From Bacteroidales bacterium (GTDB lineage: Bacteria; Bacteroidota; Bacteroidia; Bacteroidales; WCHB1-69), in assembly GCA_017961265.1 (NCBI GenBank), contig JAGCXN010000028.1, positions 77,874 through 141,873 on the forward strand: a stretch of 64,000 nt of DNA, given 5' to 3'. The position numbers and the translations under genes were made by a program. Positions 8,780-16,970 of the stretch are shown piece after piece. The stretch's first letter is position 1. Every line of letters starts with the position of its first letter. The notes under the pieces were generated by a model. That model ran no database searches and was not told the DNA's origin. It saw only the letters and a program-made list of their open reading frames with translations.

Positions 8780-9805
8780 ATGAGAATCAAATTGTTCCTC
8801 CTGTTGATGGCCATCTGTCCGTTTTTGATGGCACAAAATCCAATCAATCAGGTTAATAGCAAAGGAAAGAAACAAGGATACTGGAAAAAGTACGATGACA
8901 AGAACGTCCTCCTGTACGAGGGCACTTTCGCCAACGATGTCCCAGTCGGTGAGTTCAAATACTATTATCCGAACGGAAAACTGAAAAGCACCACCAACTT
9001 CATCCAAGGTGTCCACAAGGTGCATACGGTGATGTACGACGAGCAGGGCAAGAAAGCCGCCGAAGGCAACTTCATCGACCAACAGAAAGACAGCATCTGG
9101 AATTATTACAATTCCGCCGGAACCCTCATCAAAACAGAAGGTTATAGCAAAGGTAAGAAGGAGGGTGCTTGGCGCACCTTTTCCAGTCAAACGGGTACGC
9201 TGTTGGAAGAGGACTTCTATCGTGGCGACAAACGGAACGGCACCTGCCGCACCTTCTTCGCCGACGGCAAAATCAGCACCCGCATCGACTATATCGACGG
9301 GCAGATGAACGGTGTTTCCGAAACCTACTATCCGGGCGAACAGATTTTTATCCGTGGAATGTATCACAACGGATTGAAAATCAAGACGTGGGACACCTAC
9401 GACGCCAACGGAAAGATCCGTAAATCACAAGAATTCAACAACTCCCGTCTGCAAAGAACCTACCTCTATCTTTATGCTGGTAACAACAGCCAGAAGGTGA
9501 ATCAGGACCTGATTGCCTATTTTCACAAAGAGGGTACACAGACCCGCATTTATACCCGCAACGGGAAGACGTTCCTCAGCACTGAGACATTTGAGACCGC
9601 CATCTCCTTCCTCGACTTCGTTGATTTCTGCCTCATCAATCCAAGCTACGCCGTGGCCTATCCCTGCATCATCAAGTACCGTCCGCTGGATGAGAACACG
9701 GTGGAAGTGGTGCTCCGTCCTGCCACCGAAGAGCCGGTGATTTGCGAGGGTGACCAAGCTAAGCAGATTAAAATGCTGTTTAACAAGGAAATACCGAAGG
9801 AATAG
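8780..9805 (+). CDS. MORN-repeat (YwqK-like) secreted protein
   Basis: 341-aa ORF with a signal peptide. Repeated G-x-W-x-x-Y-Y-x-N-G MORN-variant units (GKKQGYWKKYD, GEFKYYYPNGKLK, GAWRTFS, GVSETYYPGE). Confidence 0.6.
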   Translation: MRIKLFLLLMAICPFLMAQNPINQVNSKGKKQGYWKKYDDKNVLLYEGTFANDVPVGEFKYYYPNGKLKSTTNFIQGVHKVHTVMYDEQGKKAAEGNFIDQQKDSIWNYYNSAGTLIKTEGYSKGKKEGAWRTFSSQTGTLLEEDFYRGDKRNGTCRTFFADGKISTRIDYIDGQMNGVSETYYPGEQIFIRGMYHNGLKIKTWDTYDANGKIRKSQEFNNSRLQRTYLYLYAGNNSQKVNQDLIAYFHKEGTQTRIYTRNGKTFLSTETFETAISFLDFVDFCLINPSYAVAYPCIIKYRPLDENTVEVVLRPATEEPVICEGDQAKQIKMLFNKEIPKE

Positions 9806-9807
9806 GT

Positions 9808-11640
9808 ATGGTACAAAAAATTGAGTTGTTGGCTCCGGCCAAAGATTACGAGTGCGGCGTGGCGGCCATCAACCACGGCGCCGATGCCGTGTATGTGGGT
9901 GCACCGAAGTTCGGGGCGCGGGCCACGGCGGGCAACTCTTTGGCTGACATTGAGCGACTGTGCCAGTACGCCCACCTTTACCACGCATCCGTCCATGTCG
10001 CCCTCAACACCATTCTCACCGATGAGGAACTGGAAGAAGCGCGTAAACTGATATTCCGGCTGGTGGATGCGGGCACGGACGCGCTCATCATCCAAGATAC
10101 GGGCATCCTGCAATTGGACATTCCGCCCATTGCTCTGCACGCCAGCACCCAGACCGACAACCGCACCCCCGAAAAGGTGCTTTTTTGGGAGAAAGTGGGA
10201 TTGCAACGCGCCATCCTCGCCCGCGAACTTTCGTTGGAACAGATTCGGGAAATCCGCCGCCAGACCACCATTGAGCTGGAGGCTTTCGTCCATGGTGCGC
10301 TGTGTGTCAGCTACAGCGGACAGTGCTATATGAGCCACGCCTGCACCAACCGCAGTGCCAACCGCGGTGAGTGCGCCCAGTTCTGCCGCCTTCCCTACAC
10401 GCTCGAAGATGCGGACGGCAACGTGATACGCGAACACAGCCATCTGCTGTCGCTCAAGGATATGGATCGCTCCGACTATCTGGCTGAAATGCTGGATGCA
10501 GGCATTACCTCTTTCAAGATTGAGGGACGTTTAAAAGGCATTGACTATGTAAAAAATGTGACGGCTTATTATCGCCAACATATTGATAATCTGCTAGAAA
10601 AAGACAATCGTTATACAAAATCCTCTTCGGGAAAAGTGACATTGAGCTTCGTTCCCGACCCGCAGAAGACGTTCAATCGTGGAAAAACAGACTATTTCCT
10701 GCACAGGCGCGAGAACGTGATGGTGAACCCTGACACGCCCAAATCCATCGGTGAGCCTATAGGTACGCTCGTTTCCGTTGAGGGCCACAACCTGCTGATT
10801 GACACGCAGAAGGAGCTGCATAACGGCGACGGGCTCGGCTTTGTCGGTGCGGACGGCGAGCTTTGCGGCTTCCGCATCAACAAGGCGGAAGGACGGCGAG
10901 TGACCACCCTCGACCCCATCGCCGGGCTTTTGTCGGGAATGTCGTTGTACCGGAACTTGGACGCGGCTTTCGACCGGCAGCTGGCGGGGGAGTCGGCAGT
11001 GCGGAAAATTGGCGTAAATCTGACACTTTCGGAAACGCCCGGCGGCTTCGCCCTCACTCTTACGGACGAAGACGGAATTGCTGTCAATCAGGAATTTGCT
11101 TACAAAAAGGAACTTTCACAGAAAGGCGAAGCCGCCATCGCCAACTTGAAGACGGCACTGTCGAAACTGGGCGGCACGCCGTTCTACCCGACGGGTGTGG
11201 AGGTACGAACCTCGGCAGCTTACTTTTTCCCCGCCTCGGTGGTGAACGAGTGGCGCCGCACGCTTGTGGAGCGGCTGGCGGAGGAACGCCGTCGGTGCCA
11301 TCCTCGCCCGAAAGGGAACGTCCTCACCCCCAATGATTATCCGTTCCCGTCGCCCGATGGTGATACGCTCACCTATCGCGGCAATGTGATGAACACAAAG
11401 GCGCGAGAGTTCTACAAATTTCACGGAATCAAGACGATAGAACCTGCTTTTGAAAAAAGTGCCGTCGAGAACGCCGTAGTGATGACTTGTCGCCATTGCA
11501 TCCGCTACACGCTCGGAATGTGCCGGAAACAAGGGAAGGTGGCGGACACGCACCCTGAGCCGTGGCACTTGCTTACGGGCAAATTCCGGTTTCTCCTCAG
11601 TTTCGACTGCGCGAAGTGCGAGATGACGGTACGAGGGTGA
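9808..11640 (+). CDS. U32 family peptidase (collagenase-like)
   Basis: 610-aa ORF. N-terminal IELLAPAKDYECGVAAINHGADAVYVG and the U32 signature region EAFVHGALCVSYSGQCYMS. Cys-rich C-terminus. Confidence 0.85.
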   Translation: MVQKIELLAPAKDYECGVAAINHGADAVYVGAPKFGARATAGNSLADIERLCQYAHLYHASVHVALNTILTDEELEEARKLIFRLVDAGTDALIIQDTGILQLDIPPIALHASTQTDNRTPEKVLFWEKVGLQRAILARELSLEQIREIRRQTTIELEAFVHGALCVSYSGQCYMSHACTNRSANRGECAQFCRLPYTLEDADGNVIREHSHLLSLKDMDRSDYLAEMLDAGITSFKIEGRLKGIDYVKNVTAYYRQHIDNLLEKDNRYTKSSSGKVTLSFVPDPQKTFNRGKTDYFLHRRENVMVNPDTPKSIGEPIGTLVSVEGHNLLIDTQKELHNGDGLGFVGADGELCGFRINKAEGRRVTTLDPIAGLLSGMSLYRNLDAAFDRQLAGESAVRKIGVNLTLSETPGGFALTLTDEDGIAVNQEFAYKKELSQKGEAAIANLKTALSKLGGTPFYPTGVEVRTSAAYFFPASVVNEWRRTLVERLAEERRRCHPRPKGNVLTPNDYPFPSPDGDTLTYRGNVMNTKAREFYKFHGIKTIEPAFEKSAVENAVVMTCRHCIRYTLGMCRKQGKVADTHPEPWHLLTGKFRFLLSFDCAKCEMTVRG

Positions 11641-11689
11641 AAAGCAATCAAAATTTTCCAAAAAGAACTGTTTATAATTGGAAAAGTTG

Positions 11690-11697
11690 TACCTTTG
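11690..11697 (+). promoter_or_regulatory. -7 promoter box TACCTTTG
   Basis: Ends 125 nt before ATPase ATG 11823. The leader consists of 33-bp tandem repeats. Confidence 0.5.
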
Positions 11698-11706
11698 CCG
11701 CCCAAA

Positions 11707-11805
11707 GTCGCTTGGAAAAGGTGTATAAATTGTAGAAAAGTCGCTTGGAAAAGGTGTGTAAATTGTAGAAAAGTCACTTGGAAAAGATGTAAATAATTAA
11801 AAATC
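11707..11805 (+). repeat. three tandem 33-bp repeats
   Basis: GTCGCTTGGAAAAGGTGTATAAATTGTAGAAAA at 11707-11739. The copy at 11740-11772 has 1 mismatch and the copy at 11773-11805 is diverged. The core TTGGAAAAG also occurs at 11678. Confidence 0.9.
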
Positions 11806-11822
11806 AATATAAATTAAAGCCA

Positions 11823-13160
11823 ATGTATAAAAGGAAGATAGAAGAGTACTTCATTGCTTGGAAAAACAAAGCAAAACGGAAGCCATTGGTGATTAAAGGT
11901 TGCAGACAGTGCGGCAAGACCAGTTCCGTTGTTGATTTTGCCAAACGGAATTATACAAATGTCATTTATATTGATTTTCACGAACATCAGGAGTACAAAT
12001 CTTTTTTTGCGGGAAATTTAGACACAGAAACCATCACCACAAATATGACCATTGGTATGATGGGTGTACGCTTTGTTGCGGGAGATACCTGCTTGATTTT
12101 TGATGAAATACAAGATTGTCCTCGCGCCCGTGCCTCGTTGAAGTTTTTCTGCCTTGATGGGCGATATGATGTTTTGTGTACGGGTTCTTTATTGGGCGTA
12201 AACGGTTACAAGACCAAAAAGGAACAAGAGGAAGAAAACAATGCCTCGATTCCAGTAGGGTATGAAGAGATTGTGGCTATGTATCCTATGGATTTTGAAG
12301 AGTGGCTTTGGGCAAACGGCATACAGAAGGAACATATTGACCTATTGCAGCAGCATATCCAGACAGAAACCCCTGTCAATGAGGCGATTCACAATAGGAT
12401 GCGCCAACTTCTGCTACAATATGTGATTGTAGGGGGAATGCCTGAAGCAGTGAGTACTTTCCTGACCACACACGATATGGGACAGACACATACAGTGCAA
12501 GTGAATATCATTGAAGACTATAAATCCGATATGGTGAAGTATGCCCTGCCTGCCGACAAACCACGCATCCGTGAATGTTTCGAGTCCATTCCGAAGCAAT
12601 TGGCACGGGAAAACAAAAAATTCACCTATTCGGTTGTCCGTAACGGAGGAAAAAGTCGTGACTATGCGGGAAGTCTGCAATGGATTGAGGATGCAGGCAT
12701 CATACACCGCTGTTACAATATGCAGATTCCAGAACTTCCGTTAGATGGGAACGCAATTCAAGAACAGTTCAAGGTTTATATGGCTGATACGGGATTGTTT
12801 ATCAGTATGTTGGAAGAAGGGACGGCATGGAGCGTGATACAAGGACAACTCGGAGCATACAAAGGTGCCATTTATGAGAATTTGTTTGCTGATATTATGG
12901 GAAAAATGGGGAAGAAACTATATTATTTTCGGAAAGAAAGTGGCTTGGAGATTGATTTCGTGATGCGATACAAGGGGGAGTGCGTGATTGTGGAATGCAA
13001 GGCTCGAACGGGGAATGCGAAATCAATGAATACGGTATTAAAATACCCTGAAAAATACCATATAAACCACGCACTGAAATTGGGAGACTACAATGTCGGT
13101 CGAGAGGGTGCAGTTCTGACACTGCCTTTTTATATGGGATTCCTTTTGAGGGAATTGTAA
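11823..13160 (+). CDS. P-loop ATPase (AAA_14/DUF4143-type) with C-terminal PD-(D/E)xK nuclease-like motif
   Basis: 445-aa ORF. Walker A GCRQCGKTS, Walker B CLIFDEIQD, and C-terminal GLEIDF...VIVECKA (D...ExK). Visibly AT-richer than its flanks. Confidence 0.75.
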   Translation: MYKRKIEEYFIAWKNKAKRKPLVIKGCRQCGKTSSVVDFAKRNYTNVIYIDFHEHQEYKSFFAGNLDTETITTNMTIGMMGVRFVAGDTCLIFDEIQDCPRARASLKFFCLDGRYDVLCTGSLLGVNGYKTKKEQEEENNASIPVGYEEIVAMYPMDFEEWLWANGIQKEHIDLLQQHIQTETPVNEAIHNRMRQLLLQYVIVGGMPEAVSTFLTTHDMGQTHTVQVNIIEDYKSDMVKYALPADKPRIRECFESIPKQLARENKKFTYSVVRNGGKSRDYAGSLQWIEDAGIIHRCYNMQIPELPLDGNAIQEQFKVYMADTGLFISMLEEGTAWSVIQGQLGAYKGAIYENLFADIMGKMGKKLYYFRKESGLEIDFVMRYKGECVIVECKARTGNAKSMNTVLKYPEKYHINHALKLGDYNVGREGAVLTLPFYMGFLLREL

Positions 13161-13227
13161 CTTCCTCATTGTTAACGATATACAGACCATCCGCTTGACA
13201 TATACTCTATTGGATCACACGATGTTA

Positions 13228-13262
13228 TAAAAAAAGCGGGATGAAAATCCCGCCTTTTTTTT
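13228..13262. terminator. bidirectional intrinsic terminator
   Basis: A-run, GCGGGAT-GAAA-ATCCCGC, T-run. Lies between the convergent ATPase and membrane-protein genes. Confidence 0.85.
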
Positions 13263-13279
13263 CAATAAATTATATGTTA

Positions 13280-13720
13280 TTACATCACTGAAAAAGCTAC
13301 GGCTATAGGGGCAATGATGATCATTAGCACAGAGAGCGCCAGCATCACGATGGTCAAAATTCCGCAGAACTTCCAGAAGGACTTGCTGTTGCTGAGGAAC
13401 TCCACCATCTGTTCGTTGCTGTTCATCTCCACTGCCATTTGCGCGGCTTTTGACGCCCGCAGGAGACAGAGGATAGGGTAGATGTAAAGCCCAGCCATAA
13501 TTAGATAGAAGATACCCATAAAAATAGTGATAATGGAACCGCCTGGAACATCATAAAATCCAAAGTTCATTACGCCGGAGAATGCCATCACACAGATTCC
13601 GCAAAGAATCATAAAAACTGCGCCGATACAGCCCAATATGGCCAGGAATTTCATCCACTTGCCCGTAGAGATAACATGTTCTTTGGCTGCTTCCAATAAT
13701 TGTAAATCTTTTTCTTCCAT
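13280..13720 (-). CDS. small multi-pass membrane protein (DUF5362-like)
   Basis: 146-aa ORF with 3-4 hydrophobic helices (FLAILGCIGAVFMILCGICVMAF, IITIFMGIFYLIMAGLYIYPILCLL, ILTIVMLALSVLMIIIAPIAVAF). Confidence 0.55.
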   Translation of the reverse strand: MEEKDLQLLEAAKEHVISTGKWMKFLAILGCIGAVFMILCGICVMAFSGVMNFGFYDVPGGSIITIFMGIFYLIMAGLYIYPILCLLRASKAAQMAVEMNSNEQMVEFLSNSKSFWKFCGILTIVMLALSVLMIIIAPIAVAFSVM

Positions 13721-13750
13721 AATGAAATATTTAAGGGTGAATAAAAGGGT

Positions 13751-15463
13751 TTACAGATTCAATGATTTGCGGACTTCCGCAATCTTGGCGGAAAGTTCAT
13801 TCCGAACCTTTTCAAAATCAGCGATATTCGTAAGCGGTTCTTTGGCTCCGAAGTAGAATTTGATTTTCGGCTCCGTGCCGGAGGGGCGCACGGTGACTTT
13901 TGTGCCGTCGGCAGTGAAGAACTGCAGCACGTCCGACTTCGGCAGGTCAATGGTTGTGACGGTGCCGTCGCTCGAAGTGGCGGTGCTTGCCTTGTAATCA
14001 ATCGCTTTGGTGACTTCTGACCCGTTGATTGCCTTCGGCGGGCAGCTGCGGAAGTCGGCCATCATCTTCTGGATTTCCGCTGCACCCGACTGCCCCTTCT
14101 TGGTGATGGAAAGAAGTTCCTCCTTGTAGAAACCGTACTTCACGTAGAGTTCCTTCAGTTGCGTATAGAGGGTTTTGCCTTCGTCGGCGAGGCAGGCGGC
14201 GAGCTCGGCAATCATGCAGCAGGCACTGACGGCGTCCTTGTCGCGTACAAAGTCGCCGACGAGGTAACCGTAGCTCTCCTCGCCGCCCACAATAAAGGTA
14301 TGCCCCACCTGCTCCTTGATTTTTTCGGCAATGTATTTAAAGCCCGTCAGAACGTCGAAGCATTCAACGTTGAACGACTCGGCGATGGCCCGGATCAGTT
14401 CGGTGGTGACGATGGTCTTGACGGTGAACTCCTTGCCGGTAAGACGTCCGTTTTTCTGCCATTGCGACAGCAGGTGATAGACGAGGAGCGAACCGGTCAT
14501 ATTGCCGTTGAAAAGCTCCATCTCGCCGTGGTCGTTGCGGACGGCGATGCCCACGCGGTCGGCGTCGGGGTCGGTGGCGAGGACGAGATCGGCACCAATC
14601 TCATCAGCCTTGCGGATAGCCAGCTCCATCGCCGACTTTTCCTCCGGGTTAGGTGAGGCCACAGTGGGGAAGTTTCCGTCGGGCGTGCGCTGCGACTCTA
14701 AAACAGTGACGTTGGTGAAACCGTACATTTCGAGCGCTTTCGGCACCATTGTGATGCCCGTGCCATGCAGCGGCGTATAGACGATACTGAGGTCGTGGTG
14801 ACGACGGATGGCTTCGGGATTCACCGAAAGGGCCAAAATCTTGTCCAAATAGACGTCATCTACATCTTTGCCAATAATTTGGATCTTGTCGGGATTTCCT
14901 TCCCAACGGATTTGCGACAGGCTGGTGACGGCATTCACTTCCGAGATGATGGCCTTGTCGTGCGGAGGAACGATCTGGCCGCCATCGTCCCAGTAGGCTT
15001 TGTAGCCGTTGTACTCCTTCGGGTTGTGTGAGGCGGTCACCATCACGCCGGCCTGGCAGTGGAGATGGCGGACAGCGAACGACAGTTCGGGCGTGGGGCG
15101 CAGGTCCTCGAAAAGGTAGCAGTGGATGCCGTTGGCCGCCATCACTTGGGCGGTCACTTCAGCAAAAAAGCGGCTGTTGTTGCGCGAGTCGTGCGCGACA
15201 GCCACCTTCAAGTCCATGCCAGGAAAGTTCTTCTTCATATAGTTGGCGAGCCCCTGCGTGGCGGCGGCCACCGTGTATTTGTTCATGCGGTTCGGGCCGA
15301 CACCCATAATGCCGCGCAGACCGCCCGTGCCAAATTCCAAAGTGCGGTAAAACGACTCGTTCAGTTCATTCTGGTCTTCCGCCATCAGGCGACGGATCTC
15401 ATTCTTGGTATCAATATCATAATTGTCATTTAACCAAGTGTTTACCCTATCCATTATTTCCAT
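13751..15463 (-). CDS. phospho-sugar mutase (phosphoglucomutase/phosphomannomutase family)
   Basis: 570-aa ORF. Active-site phosphoserine loop TASHNP, metal loop ATDPDADR, sugar-binding GGEESYG. Confidence 0.85.
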   Translation of the reverse strand: MEIMDRVNTWLNDNYDIDTKNEIRRLMAEDQNELNESFYRTLEFGTGGLRGIMGVGPNRMNKYTVAAATQGLANYMKKNFPGMDLKVAVAHDSRNNSRFFAEVTAQVMAANGIHCYLFEDLRPTPELSFAVRHLHCQAGVMVTASHNPKEYNGYKAYWDDGGQIVPPHDKAIISEVNAVTSLSQIRWEGNPDKIQIIGKDVDDVYLDKILALSVNPEAIRRHHDLSIVYTPLHGTGITMVPKALEMYGFTNVTVLESQRTPDGNFPTVASPNPEEKSAMELAIRKADEIGADLVLATDPDADRVGIAVRNDHGEMELFNGNMTGSLLVYHLLSQWQKNGRLTGKEFTVKTIVTTELIRAIAESFNVECFDVLTGFKYIAEKIKEQVGHTFIVGGEESYGYLVGDFVRDKDAVSACCMIAELAACLADEGKTLYTQLKELYVKYGFYKEELLSITKKGQSGAAEIQKMMADFRSCPPKAINGSEVTKAIDYKASTATSSDGTVTTIDLPKSDVLQFFTADGTKVTVRPSGTEPKIKFYFGAKEPLTNIADFEKVRNELSAKIAEVRKSLNL

Positions 15464-15522
15464 AGAATTAAATTTTAGGTAATCTATTTATTGAATATTT
15501 TTAACGATTAAAAAACCAGCTG

Positions 15523-15530
15523 CAAATTTA
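15523..15530 (-). promoter_or_regulatory. -7 promoter box TAAATTTG (minus strand)
   Basis: 59 nt upstream of the phosphoglucomutase ATG (15463). Back-to-back with the box at 15545. Confidence 0.45.
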
Positions 15531-15544
15531 CACGAAAATTAATG

Positions 15545-15552
15545 TAACTTTG
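15545..15552 (+). promoter_or_regulatory. -7 promoter box TAACTTTG
   Basis: Ends 67 nt before ATG 15620 of the C1 peptidase. Confidence 0.5.
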
Positions 15553-15619
15553 CACCCTTGTTTTCAAAAACGTGAAATTGTTTGAAAAATATTTATATCT
15601 AATTAAAAACCAATTTTTT

Positions 15620-16843
15620 ATGAAAAAAGGAATCATCTTTGCCGTCATTGCGGCTTTCACCTTCTGCCTGAATGTACAGGCACAGGAGGACAAAGAGAAG
15701 AAGGATGATGAGGGTTACAAATTCACCATTGTGAAAGAAATCCCCATCACTTCAGTCAAGGACCAGAACCGTGCGGGCACATGCTGGTGCTATTCGGGTC
15801 TGGGTTTCATCGAAGCGGAATTGCTCCGTATGGGAAAAGGAGAGTACGATTTCTCTGAAATGTTCATCGTTTCCAACACGTACATTGACCGCGCCAAGGC
15901 AGCCGTCCGTACCCACGGTGACGTCTCCTTCTCTCAGGGCGGTTCTTTCTACGATGTAATTTATGGTATGAAGACCTTCGGTCTCGTGCCCGACGTTGAG
16001 ATGCCCGCAGGTGCCGCATACGGTGACACGCTGTCTGACCACTCTGAACTTTCCGCCGTTTCCGATGCCGTCGTGAAGGCTATCGCCAGCGGCGAGCACA
16101 AGAAGCTCCAGAAGGGCGCAAACGGTCCCCTTTGGCTGGAAGCCATCCGTGCCATCCACGAAGTTTATCTTGGAAAATGTCCGGAGGAATTCACCTACAA
16201 CGGCAAAAAATACACTCCGAAATCTTTCTATGAATCCCTCGGTCTGAATCCCGATGATTATGTCTCCATTACTTCTTACACCCATCATCCTTTCTACGAG
16301 AAGTTCGTCTTGGAGATTCAGGACAACTGGCGTTGGAGTCAGTGCTACAACCTCCCGCTGGACGAGTTTATGCAGGTTTTTGACAACGCCATCGACAATG
16401 GCTACACCATCGCTTGGGGTTCCGATGTCAGCGAGCAGGGCTTCCGCATGGGTTCGAAGAAAGGTTTCTGCGTGCTTCCCGAAACGAAGGCTTCCGCAAT
16501 GGTCGGCAGCGACATGGCCCACTGGACGGGCATGAGCGCCAAGGAAATCCAGGATGAGGCTGCCAAACACCCCACTCCGCAACGTTGGGTCACCCAGGAA
16601 GAACGCCAAGAGGCATTCGACAACTGGGAAACCACCGATGACCACGGCATGTTGATTTACGGAAAAGCAAAAGATCAGAACGGTAATGAATATTATATGG
16701 TGAAGAACAGCTGGGGTGACTATAATGTTTATCACGGAATGTTCTATGCCAGCAAGGCATTCGTCCGCTACAAAACGATGAACATCGTCGTTCACAAGGA
16801 TGCTCTTCCAAAAGACATCAAGAAGAAACTCGGTATCAAATAA
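15620..16843 (+). CDS. C1 family cysteine peptidase (aminopeptidase C / bleomycin hydrolase-like), secreted
   Basis: Catalytic Cys context QNRAGTCWCYS and the NSWG block. ATG 15620 gives signal peptide MKKGIIFAVIAAFTFCLNVQAQ. The GTG at 15572 in the track is rejected. Confidence 0.8.
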   Translation: MKKGIIFAVIAAFTFCLNVQAQEDKEKKDDEGYKFTIVKEIPITSVKDQNRAGTCWCYSGLGFIEAELLRMGKGEYDFSEMFIVSNTYIDRAKAAVRTHGDVSFSQGGSFYDVIYGMKTFGLVPDVEMPAGAAYGDTLSDHSELSAVSDAVVKAIASGEHKKLQKGANGPLWLEAIRAIHEVYLGKCPEEFTYNGKKYTPKSFYESLGLNPDDYVSITSYTHHPFYEKFVLEIQDNWRWSQCYNLPLDEFMQVFDNAIDNGYTIAWGSDVSEQGFRMGSKKGFCVLPETKASAMVGSDMAHWTGMSAKEIQDEAAKHPTPQRWVTQEERQEAFDNWETTDDHGMLIYGKAKDQNGNEYYMVKNSWGDYNVYHGMFYASKAFVRYKTMNIVVHKDALPKDIKKKLGIK

Positions 16844-16865
16844 AGGATACTGACATCATAGATGA

Positions 16866-16900
16866 AAAGAGGTGACGGTTACGCCACCTCTTTTATTTTA
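16866..16900 (+). terminator. intrinsic terminator after the C1 peptidase gene
   Basis: AAAGAGGTG-N10-CACCTCTTT followed by TTATTTT. Confidence 0.8.
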
Positions 16901-16970
16901 GTGCTTATGCAATAAGCAGCCGTTTTTCAAGTTATTACAAAGTTGTATTTTTTTGTAATACCAACAGACA

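Noticed and set aside
8156-9367. 403-aa minus-strand ORF spanning the acyltransferase and MORN-repeat genes in antisense.
   Set aside because: Same shadow-ORF mechanism. The two sense genes happen to share a frame, so the antisense frame runs across the junction. The sense genes have clear family motifs and the antisense product has none.
11707-11805. Possible CRISPR array (regular 33-bp repeats).
   Set aside because: The repeats are directly adjacent with no spacers, there are only three copies with a degenerating third, and no cas genes are present. It is a tandem repeat, not a CRISPR array.
15752-16795. 347-aa antisense ORF opposite the C1 peptidase. Similar long antisense ORFs occur at 5810-6631, 9658-10443, 18990-19706, 27205-28083, 32051-32797, 46438-47160, 48085-48990 and 52175-53044.
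   Set aside because: All lie opposite GC-richer genes with recognisable products. They have repetitive V/G/A/H/R/D-rich composition and no independent signals. They are consistent with codon-usage-driven stop-codon depletion on the antisense strand.
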